Assembly: GCA_046331705.1 (NCBI GenBank)
Contig: JAXLQJ010000029.1
Location: 1-64,000 of the forward strand
From: a bacterium
Lineage (GTDB): Bacteria; JADJOY01
Direction of reading: 5' to 3'
DNA length: 64,000 nucleotides
The translations under genes and the position numbers were made by a program. Positions 1 through 10,274 of the stretch are shown piece after piece. Position 1 is the stretch's first letter. Each line of letters begins with the position of its first letter. The notes below the pieces were generated by a model. It searched no databases. It saw nothing but the letters and a program-made list of their open reading frames with translations, and was not told where the DNA came from.

Positions 1-250
1 GCGCGGTGCGCCCGACGTTCTCCAGATCGTTGTGCTTGCCGCCGGCGCGAACGCATTTCTGGCTGGTAGCCGCACGCGTCGTTCCGCGCCCCTCCTCGCC
101 GAGGAACACGCGCTTGAACTGCACCATGCCCGCGTTGGTGAAGAGCAGCGTCGGGTCGCCCGCGGGCACCAGCGACGAGCTCGGCACGACCTCGTGGCCG
201 CGTTCGGCGAAGTACTGAAGGAACGTTGCGCGAATCTGCTTTCCGTTCAC
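1..250 (-). CDS. alaS: Alanine--tRNA ligase, N-terminal part (runs off the window)
   Basis: Minus strand from GTG at 250 reads [51 protein letters not shown]...[21 protein letters not shown], the classic AlaRS N-terminus; absent from the ORF track. Confidence 0.96.
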   Translation of the reverse strand, partial: MNGKQIRATFLQYFAERGHEVVPSSSLVPAGDPTLLFTNAGMVQFKRVFLGEEGRGTTRAATSQKCVRAGGKHNDLENVGRTA

Positions 251-380
251 GATGCGCTCTCGTCATCCGCGACTCGGCGGCGCGACGCGCCGTGCCCAGC
301 CGCACTACTCGTTCACGAGCCGGCGGCTCGCGTGCTCTCGACGCCCTCGTCCCGCCCGGTCCGGCGAAGCGACCGCGCTC

Positions 381-1580
381 TCAGCTCCGCTCGAAGCGCT
401 CGATGGGCGGCGCGTCGGCCACGGTCGCCTCGCGGTCGCGCTCACGCTCGCTTCGTCGGTCGAAGTCGGTCCACGCCGCGTCGCTGGTCGAGGAGATCCC
501 CCGCACCTTCAACGCGAAATCGTCCGGGTTCGTGCACTGGCGCAAGGCTTCCTCGTACGTGATGAGGCCCTTGGTGTAGAGGTACATGATCGACTGGTCG
601 AAGGTCTGCATCCCGTAGGTGGTGTAGCCCTGCGAGATCGCCTCCGTGATCTTCTTGGTCTTGTCCGCGTCCTCGATGCACTCGCGGATCCGGCTGGTGC
701 TCACCAGCACCTCGACCGCCGGCACGCGCCCCATGCCGTCGGCGCGCGGGATGAGCCGCTGCGAGATCACCGCCTTGATCAGCGCGGCGAGCTGCATGCG
801 CACGTGGCGCTGCTGGTACGACGGGAAGATCGAGATGATGCGGTTGATCGTCTCGGTGGCATCCAGCGTGTGGAGCGTGGAAAAGACGAGGTGGCCGGTC
901 TCGGCGGCGAGGATCGCGGTCTCGATGGTGTCGAAGTCGCGCATCTCGCCGACCAGGATCACGTCCGGATCCTCGCGCAACGCGCTGCGCAGCGCCCGCG
1001 CGAACTCGAAGCAGTCGACGCCGATCTGCCGCTGATTGATGATCGACTTCTTGTCCCGATGCAGGAACTCGATCGGGTCCTCGATGGTGATGATGTGCTC
1101 GGTGCGGTTCTGGTTGATGTACTCGATGAGCGCCGCGAGCGTCGTCGACTTGCCGGTGCCGGTGGTTCCCGTCACCAGCACCAGGCCGCGGTTCTCGGAC
1201 GCGATGCGCTCCATGACCGGCGGCAGATTCAGCTCGTCGAAGCTCTTCACCGCCGGCGGGATGAGCCGGAACACCATGCCCAGCGTCCCGCGTTGTTGGA
1301 AGATGTTGACGCGAAACCGGCCGAGACCGCCGACGCCGTACGCGAGGTCGATGTCGTTGTGCTCGCGGAAGCGCTCGCGATACCGCTCGTCGCCCATGAT
1401 GTCGTGGGCGAGATGGGTCACGTCCTCGGTGGTGTAGCGAGGCGCGTCCTTGAGCGGAATCAGCCTGCCGTCGATCCGGAAGATCGGCGGCAGGCCGACT
1501 TTGACGTGGACGTCGGAGGCTCCGCGCTCGATGCCGACTCGCAGAACCTTGTTGAAGTCATCGAGCAGGGAAACGCTCAC
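381..1580 (-). CDS. pilT: PilT/PilU-family type IV pilus retraction ATPase
   Basis: Walker A GTTGTGKST, ITIEDPIE, LREDPDVILVGEMRD, AETGHLVFSTLHT and GMQTFDQ motifs. Confidence 0.9.
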   Translation of the reverse strand: MSVSLLDDFNKVLRVGIERGASDVHVKVGLPPIFRIDGRLIPLKDAPRYTTEDVTHLAHDIMGDERYRERFREHNDIDLAYGVGGLGRFRVNIFQQRGTLGMVFRLIPPAVKSFDELNLPPVMERIASENRGLVLVTGTTGTGKSTTLAALIEYINQNRTEHIITIEDPIEFLHRDKKSIINQRQIGVDCFEFARALRSALREDPDVILVGEMRDFDTIETAILAAETGHLVFSTLHTLDATETINRIISIFPSYQQRHVRMQLAALIKAVISQRLIPRADGMGRVPAVEVLVSTSRIRECIEDADKTKKITEAISQGYTTYGMQTFDQSIMYLYTKGLITYEEALRQCTNPDDFALKVRGISSTSDAAWTDFDRRSERERDREATVADAPPIERFERS

Positions 1581-1652
1581 GAGACCATCCCCGACCGCGC
1601 GCGTGATGACGCGGTCTCACTCGGCCTCGCCCCGGCGCGATGGCGCCGCGGC

Positions 1653-2681
<1,029 letters not shown>

Positions 2682-2740
2682 GTGCTCGTTTCTCCCTTCG
2701 GGCGCGCGTGTGCGCATCGTCGTGCGGCTTGGGGCGCGCC

Positions 2741-2778
2741 AGTATACGCGTGACTCGGGCATTAGTGAACACTCGTTC
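2741..2778 (-). promoter_or_regulatory. recA sigma70-like promoter (TTCACT-N17-TATACT) overlapped by a putative LexA box GAAC-ACTC-GTTC
   Basis: -10 TATACT at 2746-2741, -35 TTCACT at 2769-2764, palindrome GAACACTCGTTC at 2767-2778. Confidence 0.7.
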
Positions 2779-2912
2779 CCATACCGGAGCGACGGATCCC
2801 GATCCGGGGGGTCGCACAGGCGTCCGGCGCGCCCTCGAGGGCGCACCGTGGATCGCGCCAGTGCGCCCTGCGGGACGCGGTTTGCCGGCTCCGACCGGAT
2901 CGCGAGACTCGG

Positions 2913-3506
2913 CTACGCAAGCGAGGCGCCAAGGCGCTCGGGAAACGGCACGCTGCCGAGGAGCGAATAGCGCGCGCCGGCGGGCGCCAGCTCGCTCTCG
3001 AACAAGCTCACGGCGCTCGCGAGGAACTCGCCGGCCGACTCCTCGGTCGCCGCAGCGAGGGCGTTCGCGAGCGCCGGGTGTCGGGCCCCGGCGCGCAACC
3101 GCCCGAGGGTCACGTGGGGGTGGAACGGTCGCTCCTCGCGGGCGAAGCCGAGCCCTTCGAGCTCCGCCTCGACGCGCGCGGCGAGCGAGACGAGAGGCTG
3201 CCCGTCCCTCACCCCGACCCACACCACCCGCGCCACGGCCGGCTTGGGAAACGCGCCGAGCCCGACGAGCTCGACTCGCGCCGGCGCCAGGCCGAGCACG
3301 CCGCGAGCGAGGGCCGCCAAGACGTCCGGCACGCGCGCGCGCTCCACGTCTCCGAGGAACTTGATCGTGAGGTGGATCGCCGACTCCGCGACCGGTCGCA
3401 GCGCCGAATCGAGCGCTGCGAGCGAGCGCGCCCGGCTCGCGAGCACCCGCTGGATCGCCACGGGAACCTCGAGCGCGACGAAGAGACGGGCGCGCGCCGA
3501 GCTCAT
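2913..3506 (-). CDS. thpR: RNA 2',3'-cyclic phosphodiesterase (2H phosphoesterase)
   Basis: RLFVAL N-terminus, two HxT motifs (HLTIKFLG, PHVTLGR); lies between cinA and recA. Confidence 0.92.
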   Translation of the reverse strand: MSSARARLFVALEVPVAIQRVLASRARSLAALDSALRPVAESAIHLTIKFLGDVERARVPDVLAALARGVLGLAPARVELVGLGAFPKPAVARVVWVGVRDGQPLVSLAARVEAELEGLGFAREERPFHPHVTLGRLRAGARHPALANALAAATEESAGEFLASAVSLFESELAPAGARYSLLGSVPFPERLGASLA

Positions 3507-4822
3507 CCCCGGCGAGGCTCCTCGCCGTCCCACGGCAGACCGAGCAGCGCGCGGCGCAATCCGTCGAGCGCTCGCGTCACCGCCAGCTCGCGGATGCGCA
3601 CGCGGTCTCCGTCGAAACGGTCGAGCTCGACGCGACCGGCGCGTCCCGGCCCCGCCCAGGCGATCGCGACGGTGCCGACCGGCTTCGTCGGCGAGCCACC
3701 TCCGGGACCGGCGATCCCGGTGATTCCGATTCCCCAACTCGCACCAGCGTTGCGGCGCGCACCCGCCGCCATGGCCCGCGCCACGGGGATGCTCACCGCG
3801 CCGTGGGTCGCGAGGACACGCCGCGTCACGCCGAGCTGGCGGACCTTCGCCGCGTTCGAGTAGGTGATCCAGCCACCCCAGAAGACGTCGCTCGCACCGC
3901 TCACCGACGTGACCGTCGCGCCGAGCAGGCCGCCGGTGCAGCTCTCCGCGACCGCCAGCGACGCGCCCGTGGCGCGCAACGCGTCGACGACCACTTCCGC
4001 GAGCGAACGCTCGCCCACCTCGTAGACGTGGGCGCCCAGGCTCGCCGCCAGGCGCCGCGCCCAGCGGCGCGACTCGCGCGCCCGGCCCACCGGTTGGTGA
4101 ACGCGCACGTCCACGCCGCGCGTCGTCACTCGGTAGGCGTCGAGGCGCCCGGGGATGGGGCGGAGTCGCTCGACCCGATCGGCGATCTCGGCTTCCGGCA
4201 AGCCCACCGTCCGGATCTGCACGGCCGCGGCTGGCGCGAGCGCGGTGAATCGCTGCACGAGCAGCGGCGCGAGCTCCTCGCCGAAGAGGCCCTTCATCTC
4301 CCCTGGAACGCCTGGCAGCGCGCAGACCAGCACGCCGCGCCACTCGATCCAGATCCCCGGTGCCGTGCCGAAGCGATTCGGGAGCACCCGCGCGACGACG
4401 GGAATCCGCGCCTGACGTCGGTCGCTGGCGGGCATCGACGTCCCGAAGCGTTCGTGGCGGCGAGTGAGCGCTTCGATCACCTCGGCTCGTGGCGCCAGTG
4501 GCGATCCGACGAGCCGGCCGAGCGCTTCGAACGTTCGATCGTCGCGCGTCGGGCCGAGGCCGCCGGTCACGATCACCAGCCGAGCGCCGCGAGCAGCGAC
4601 GGCCAGCGCCTCGCGCAGGGCTCGAGGCTCGTCGCCGGCCACCAGCGCGCGCCGCACCCGAAACCCGAGCTCCGTGAGCCGGGCGGCGAGCCAGGGCGAG
4701 TTCGTGTCGAGGGTGCGCCCGGCGAGCAGCTCGTCACCGACCGCAACGATCGCTGCCGAGGGTGGCGCGACTGCCGCCGCGCCCGACCGTGAGGCGCGGC
4801 GCCGCTTCAGCTTGCGAGCCAC
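3503..4822 (-). CDS. cinA: CinA-family protein (molybdopterin-binding domain plus PncC/NMN deamidase domain)
   Basis: VGDELLAGRTLDTN, TGGLGPTRDD, AVAESCTGG, HGAVS, GITGIAGPGGG; start (GTG 4822) approximate. Confidence 0.92.
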   Translation of the reverse strand: MARKLKRRRASRSGAAAVAPPSAAIVAVGDELLAGRTLDTNSPWLAARLTELGFRVRRALVAGDEPRALREALAVAARGARLVIVTGGLGPTRDDRTFEALGRLVGSPLAPRAEVIEALTRRHERFGTSMPASDRRQARIPVVARVLPNRFGTAPGIWIEWRGVLVCALPGVPGEMKGLFGEELAPLLVQRFTALAPAAAVQIRTVGLPEAEIADRVERLRPIPGRLDAYRVTTRGVDVRVHQPVGRARESRRWARRLAASLGAHVYEVGERSLAEVVVDALRATGASLAVAESCTGGLLGATVTSVSGASDVFWGGWITYSNAAKVRQLGVTRRVLATHGAVSIPVARAMAAGARRNAGASWGIGITGIAGPGGGSPTKPVGTVAIAWAGPGRAGRVELDRFDGDRVRIRELAVTRALDGLRRALLGLPWDGEEPRRG

Positions 4823-5298
4823 GCTCCCGCGACCCACACCAGCCGGTGCGCCACGTTCGCCCACACCCCTGCGGCGATGTCGTCCATGACGACACCGAAA
4901 CCGCCCGGGAGCGTTCGCTCCCATTGCCGCGCCGGCGGTGGCTTGAGGACGTCGAAGAGGCGGAACAGGAAGAACGCCAGCGCGAGGTGACCTGCGGTGG
5001 CGGGCAGAAAGGCCATCGAGACCAGGTACCCCGCGATCTCGTCGATGACGATCTTGCCCGAGTCCTTCTCGCCGAACACTCCCTCGGCGCGACCTGCAAC
5101 CCAGCACGCGCCGAGCGTCACCAGGACGGCCGCCAGGGTCCACGCCCAAGGGCCAGCGGGCGCGAGCGCGATGGCGAGCGGAATTCCCACGAGCGTCCCG
5201 AACGTGCCGGACGCAACGGGCGCGTAGCCCGTACCGAATCCGGAAGCCAGCGCCACGATCAGCCAGCGCGGACCGTTCGAGGACGGCGCTTCGTTCAT
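4807..5298 (-). CDS. pgpA: Phosphatidylglycerophosphatase A
   Basis: APVASGTFGT, KDSGKIVIDEIAG, FRLFDVLKP, GVVMDDIAAG. Confidence 0.94.
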   Translation of the reverse strand: MNEAPSSNGPRWLIVALASGFGTGYAPVASGTFGTLVGIPLAIALAPAGPWAWTLAAVLVTLGACWVAGRAEGVFGEKDSGKIVIDEIAGYLVSMAFLPATAGHLALAFFLFRLFDVLKPPPARQWERTLPGGFGVVMDDIAAGVWANVAHRLVWVAGAWLAS

Positions 5299-5371
5299 CG
5301 ACAGGTCCTCGCAGCCATCGGTTGGCGCCCCCCTTCGGGTGGTCGGAGGCGTCCGGCGGCGCGACGTGGGA

Positions 5372-7891
5372 TCAGCGGCCAGCCATCGCGACCTGCGAGC
5401 TGCCCGCACCGGAGGCCGACCCCATCGCCGCCAAGCGCGCGGCGCGCAGCCCGTCGAACTCACGACGCTCGCGGCCCGTCAACACCCGTCCGCCGGTGAC
5501 GCTGACTCGCAGCGGATCGACGAATTGATCGTTCTTGAGGAAGGCGAAGTGCAGGTGCGGGCCCGTCGAGAGGCCCGTCGAGCCGGTGAAGCCGATCACC
5601 TGCCCACGCTTGACCTTCTTCCCTTCGCGGATGCCGGGGGCGATCGCGGAAAGGTGGCTGAAGGCCGTGGCGTAGGTCGCATCGTGACGGACCTTCAGGT
5701 AGCGACCATCGCCACCGGCTCGCCAGCCGGCGTACTCGACGATGCCATCCCCCACCGAATGGATCGGCGTGCCGGGAGCCGCCGCCAGATCGACGCCGAG
5801 ATGCGGCCGCTCGTAGCCCAGAATCGGGTGATAGCGCCCCATCGAGAACGGAGAGTTGACCTTCGTCACGTCGAGCGGACTCTTGAGGAAGGGGCGGCGC
5901 GCGGTGCGTCCCTGATCGTTGTAGTACTCGGGACGCCCATCGCTCGAGCTCACCAAGAACGCCCGGTGCGGCTCGCGCCCGGTCATGATCTCCGCGGCGA
6001 GGACCCGCCCCCGGCGCGCTCCACCCTTGGGGGCATCCAGCAACACCCGGAAACGGTCACCGCGATCGACGTCGCTCTTGAGATCGATCTCGCCCGCGAA
6101 GATGGACGCGATCTCGCCAATCGTCGCCGCGTCGAGACCGGCGCTCACGGCCGATTGGTAGAAGCTCGTCTGCACCTGCCCGGACACGACCGAGAGCTGC
6201 GGCGCCAGCTGGGGGTCCGCCTTCGCAACGGCACGCGATGCAGCGCCGTCGACGTCCGCGCTCGGCTTCGGAGCGGGCGCCGCGGCTGCGGTTCGCGTCG
6301 GGCCAGCTGCATCCTTCGTCGACTCGAGAGCGACCGCGGTCGCGAGCTTCACCACCACCGGCGAGGTCCCCGGCGTCCGCACGATCCGAACCTCGGACGT
6401 TCGTCCGGTGGTGCGGTCGACGATCATCTGGACGCGGGCGCCGGTCTTCGCCGTGCGTACGTTCCACTTCCGCCCGATCGCCGCGGACACCTTGCCGACG
6501 TCCGCCGCACGCACGCCCAGCTCGTCGAGCAGCTGGCCGACCGTCTCGCCGCGCGCCAGCACCGCTTCGCGAACGAGTGGATCCGGCGCCACGGTCGCCT
6601 TGGCGGTTGCGGTGTCTGCCTTGGCCGATGGCGACTGCCGCACGTCCTCGATCCCGGCACCCGCGATCCGGATCCCGTCTGGAAGCGCGACCTCGATCGC
6701 CCTCGCCCCCTGGGGCGGTCGGACGATCACCTGGGACGCCTCACCGCTCGCCGGGTCCACCGCGACCTGGACGAGGGTGCCGATCTGGGCGCGCCGCAGG
6801 TTCCATTTCCCGTTCAGCGCCGACACCACCCGGGGAACGTCGTCACGGGCAACACCGACCTGGCCGAGCACCCCCGCGATCGAGCCGCCCTTCGCCAAGG
6901 TCGCCGCGCGAACGATGTTCGGCGCCGCGCTCTTGGCGGCGGTGCGGGTGGCGGCCACGGGCGACTCGGACGCCTTCTCGGCGTTCGCGGGTACCGCGTT
7001 TCGCGGCGGGTCCGCGAGCGCGACGTCGATCCGCGGCGAATCCGGGCGCGACTCGACGATCGAGACCGCGCTCGGAGCCGCGCTGTCGGCCTCGAAGGTG
7101 AGCGAAACCTGGGTCCCGACGTCCGCGCGACGCACGTTCCACTGCTTCACGACGCGGCTCGACACACGCGCCCGCTGAGCGGAGGCGAGGCCCAAGCGCG
7201 CCAGCACCTTGTCGAAGCTGTCGCCGCGGCGGAAGGTCTCCGTGCGCACCACGGTGGGACGGCTCGCCGCCGACGCCGCGGGCTCGGCCGGCACCGCGAT
7301 CGTCGCGTTCGTCGCGTTCGTGTCGCTCGCCTCGGTCTCGTTCGGGGTCACGACGGGCTGAGCGACCGACGACGAGTCGACGGGAACGACCCGCGACACG
7401 TAGCCGTCCGCGGCACGGCTCACTTCCACACGGCGATCATCGTCCGTCTCGATCGCGAGGCCCTGGACGGCGCCGGTGGCCGGGTCGAGCGTGACCTCGA
7501 CCTGCGAGCCGACCTGAGCCTTCCGGACGTCCCAGCGTTCGGTGACGCTGTCCATCAGCCGCGCCACGTCCTGGCGCGCCACGTCGAAATCGCTCAGCAC
7601 GCCGGCGACGGTCTCGCCACGCGCGATCGTGTGGGTGCGCGGTACGACGCGGGAGGGATCCCCTGGGCCACCGGAGCCGCGCGAATCGGCGCGAGCGCCG
7701 TAGGCCGTGGCATCGATTCCGGCCGGCGCACCAGCGCGGGCGCGGGTCGGCGGACGGGCAGAGGAGGGCAAGGTGACGAGCGTCGTGACGAGCGCGACCG
7801 CCAGCAAGATGCCGAGGTAGCGGCGCAACGACGACGACGCCGGGCTTCGCTCGCGGGAGATCGAGTCGTCCCGAATCATCATCTCGATCAA
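5372..7891 (-). CDS. M23-family murein DD-endopeptidase (MepM-like) with four repeated N-terminal modules
   Basis: C-terminal HLGVD and STGPHLHF zinc motifs; N-terminal hydrophobic anchor; start TTG 7891 (AAGGAG SD) or ATG 7882. Confidence 0.85.
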   Translation of the reverse strand: MIEMMIRDDSISRERSPASSSLRRYLGILLAVALVTTLVTLPSSARPPTRARAGAPAGIDATAYGARADSRGSGGPGDPSRVVPRTHTIARGETVAGVLSDFDVARQDVARLMDSVTERWDVRKAQVGSQVEVTLDPATGAVQGLAIETDDDRRVEVSRAADGYVSRVVPVDSSSVAQPVVTPNETEASDTNATNATIAVPAEPAASAASRPTVVRTETFRRGDSFDKVLARLGLASAQRARVSSRVVKQWNVRRADVGTQVSLTFEADSAAPSAVSIVESRPDSPRIDVALADPPRNAVPANAEKASESPVAATRTAAKSAAPNIVRAATLAKGGSIAGVLGQVGVARDDVPRVVSALNGKWNLRRAQIGTLVQVAVDPASGEASQVIVRPPQGARAIEVALPDGIRIAGAGIEDVRQSPSAKADTATAKATVAPDPLVREAVLARGETVGQLLDELGVRAADVGKVSAAIGRKWNVRTAKTGARVQMIVDRTTGRTSEVRIVRTPGTSPVVVKLATAVALESTKDAAGPTRTAAAAPAPKPSADVDGAASRAVAKADPQLAPQLSVVSGQVQTSFYQSAVSAGLDAATIGEIASIFAGEIDLKSDVDRGDRFRVLLDAPKGGARRGRVLAAEIMTGREPHRAFLVSSSDGRPEYYNDQGRTARRPFLKSPLDVTKVNSPFSMGRYHPILGYERPHLGVDLAAAPGTPIHSVGDGIVEYAGWRAGGDGRYLKVRHDATYATAFSHLSAIAPGIREGKKVKRGQVIGFTGSTGLSTGPHLHFAFLKNDQFVDPLRVSVTGGRVLTGRERREFDGLRAARLAAMGSASGAGSSQVAMAGR

Positions 7892-7953
7892 GATATTGTG
7901 CTCCTTGGGGGAATCACACACTATATCTTGTGCTGCACTGGATATCGTCGGGA

Positions 7954-7983
7954 ATAATAGGTGAGACTGTCGCCGAATGTCAA
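7954..7983 (-). promoter_or_regulatory. sigma70-like promoter for the M23 gene (TTGACA-N18-TATTAT)
   Basis: Near-consensus hexamers in an AT-rich intergenic stretch. Confidence 0.6.
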
Positions 7984-8096
7984 CGCAAAAGTGGTTGAAA
8001 ACCGAACGACTGTGTCCAGCCGGACACGCCGGATAGCTGGCTTTCGACGATGGTGTCAACCCCGAGCTTGCGGCGTCGACCCATATACTTGCGATC

Positions 8097-8534
8097 ATGA
8101 AGGTGCTCGGAGTCGACGTCGGGAAGAAGCGCGTCGGTCTGGCGATCAGCGACGGCGAGGCCCGAATTGCGTTCCCGCTCACCACGATCCAGGTGCGCGG
8201 CGGGCTGCGTCAGACGATCCAGGAGGTTCGGCGCTGGATCGAGAGCGAGCGCGTCGGGCTCGTGGTCGTCGGGCTTCCGCTCGCGATGGACGGAAGCCAG
8301 GGCGCCGCGGCGCGTCACGCCACCGCCTTCGCCGCCAGCGTGACCGCCGAGCTCGGCATTCCCGTGCGCACCTGGGACGAGCGGTTCTCCACGCGGGAAG
8401 CCGAGCGCACCTTGCTCGAGGCCGACCTGCGCCGCGATCGCCGTCGCGAGGTCATCGATCAGGTGGCCGCGACCCTGATCCTCCAGACGTTCCTCGACGC
8501 GGAGGCGTCACGGTCGAGAAGCGGGCGTGACTGA
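8097..8534 (+). CDS. ruvX: RuvX/YqgF pre-16S rRNA nuclease
   Basis: LGVDVGKKRVGLAISD, VVGLP, WDERFST, IDQVAATLILQ. Confidence 0.94.
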   Translation: MKVLGVDVGKKRVGLAISDGEARIAFPLTTIQVRGGLRQTIQEVRRWIESERVGLVVVGLPLAMDGSQGAAARHATAFAASVTAELGIPVRTWDERFSTREAERTLLEADLRRDRRREVIDQVAATLILQTFLDAEASRSRSGRD

Positions 8535-9603
8535 GCCATCCAACCACGCGGCCGTGCAGACGCGATCCATCCCGCGATCGCGGCGGCGGCGGATCGCGGC
8601 ATGGGCGGTGCTGCTCGCGCTCGGGCTCGTGACCGGCGGCGGTGCGGGTGCATACGGCTGGGTCGAGCGCTGGCTCGATCGCCCCACCCGCGCGGGGGCG
8701 CCCACCCAAGTCTTCGCGGCGCGCAAGGGGCGATCGGTGGGACAGATCGCGCGCGATCTGGCGGCGGCGGGGCTGGTCTCGCACCCCCGACTCTTCGCGC
8801 TGGTGGCCCGCCACCAGAACGTGGACACGCGCATCCATTCCGGGGAGTACGAGCTCTCCGCGAACCTCACTCCCCGCCAGATCCTGCGGCGCCTGGCCGA
8901 GGGCAACGTGCTGCAGGTCTGGGTCACGCTGCCGGAGGGCCTCACCCGCCGAGAGGTGGCCCACGCCATCGCGGCCACCGGGCTGGCGGACGAGCAGGAG
9001 CTGCTGCGCGCCACGGCCGATGCGCGGCTGGTCGCCGGCGTCGACCCGGAGAGTGCCGACCTCGAGGGCTACCTGTTCCCCGATACCTATCGCTTCCCGC
9101 GCGGGATCACCACCGACGCCATCGTTCGCACACTGGTGGAGCGGTTCCGCCAAGTGGCTGGCGAGGTCCTCACACCCCACCTCGCGCGACGCGGGCTGAC
9201 CCTCCGCCAAGCGGTGACGCTGGCGTCGATCGTCGAGAAGGAGACGGGCCAGCGGGCGGAACGACCGCTCATCGCCGCCGTCTTCCTGAACCGCCTGGCG
9301 CGGGGAATGCGCCTCGAGAGCGATCCCACGGTGATCTACGGCATTCCCGATTTCGACGGGAATCTGACCCGGGCGCACCTTCGAGCGGCGACGCCCTACA
9401 ACACGTACGTCATTCCCGGGCTGCCGGCGGGACCGATCGCGAACCCGGGCGCCGAATCCTTGGCTGCGATCGCGACGCCGGCCGAGGTGCCCTACCTCTT
9501 CTTCGTCGCCAAGGGCGACGGCACCCACCAATTCTCGGAGACGCTCGTCGATCACGAGCGGGCGGTACGCAAGTACCAGCTCGGGCAAGCGGGCTCCCGC
9601 TGA
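8527..9603 (+). CDS. mltG: Endolytic transglycosylase MltG (YceG family)
   Basis: LEGYLFPDTY, LASIVEKET, LESDPTVIYG, PYNTY..GLPAGPIANPG, YLFFVA. Confidence 0.95.
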   Translation: MTEPSNHAAVQTRSIPRSRRRRIAAWAVLLALGLVTGGGAGAYGWVERWLDRPTRAGAPTQVFAARKGRSVGQIARDLAAAGLVSHPRLFALVARHQNVDTRIHSGEYELSANLTPRQILRRLAEGNVLQVWVTLPEGLTRREVAHAIAATGLADEQELLRATADARLVAGVDPESADLEGYLFPDTYRFPRGITTDAIVRTLVERFRQVAGEVLTPHLARRGLTLRQAVTLASIVEKETGQRAERPLIAAVFLNRLARGMRLESDPTVIYGIPDFDGNLTRAHLRAATPYNTYVIPGLPAGPIANPGAESLAAIATPAEVPYLFFVAKGDGTHQFSETLVDHERAVRKYQLGQAGSR

Positions 9604-9680
9604 CTTCGCGGGACCGCCGCGCAAGCGCGGGCTCGAAACCGAGTGGGGATCCGGCCGCCGGACGGGCAGCCAAGGCCAGG

Positions 9681-10106
9681 TCAGTCGTCGTCGTCGACGT
9701 CGCCCATGCCACTGTCGCGATAGCTGCGACCCGAGTCGAGGTCGGGGCTCATCATCGTGGTGCGCTCGAGCTCGGCCTTGCAGTCGATGCACAGACGCGC
9801 GAAGGGCATCACCTTCATGCGCTCCGCGCCGATCTTCCCGCCGCACTCGTCGCAGACGCCATACGTCCCGTCGGCGATGCGGCTCAGCGCCTCCTCGATC
9901 TGCGCGAGCTTCTCGCGATCGCGGTGACCGAGCAGCAAGCTCAGCTCGCGCTCGCGCTCGTTCGACGCGAGGTCGTAGATGTCACCGATGTCTTTCTTGA
10001 CGTCGTCGGCACCCGCCTTCATGCCCTCCGAGATCTCGTCGAGCAACGCCTTGCGCATCGTGAGCAGGCGCTTTTCTTGGCCCTTCCAGGTGGCCGCTGT
10101 AGACAT
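9681..10106 (-). CDS. DksA/TraR C4-type zinc finger protein
   Basis: DxxDxA coiled-coil tip (DIYDLA), GTYGVCDECG..ER...P.ARLCIDC; start re-called to MSTAA behind GGAGG. Confidence 0.9.
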   Translation of the reverse strand: MSTAATWKGQEKRLLTMRKALLDEISEGMKAGADDVKKDIGDIYDLASNERERELSLLLGHRDREKLAQIEEALSRIADGTYGVCDECGGKIGAERMKVMPFARLCIDCKAELERTTMMSPDLDSGRSYRDSGMGDVDDDD

Positions 10107-10146
10107 GAGCGAAATTTCCTCCAAACCGGAACCAACGCGGCCGGGC

Positions 10147-10174
10147 AGGATACACCCGTCCGACCGGCTGTCAA
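10147..10174 (-). promoter_or_regulatory. sigma70-like promoter of the DksA-family gene (TTGACA-N16-TATCCT)
   Basis: Consensus -35 and near-consensus -10 about 40 nt upstream of the start. Confidence 0.55.
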
Positions 10175-10274
10175 ATCTCCCTGTTTTCTGGGCAGAAGAG
10201 CGTATCGCTGTGAAAACGCTTGTTGCGGGTGGCGCGCGGGCGCTGATATACCAGCCGCCTGATCGAGACTCGAC

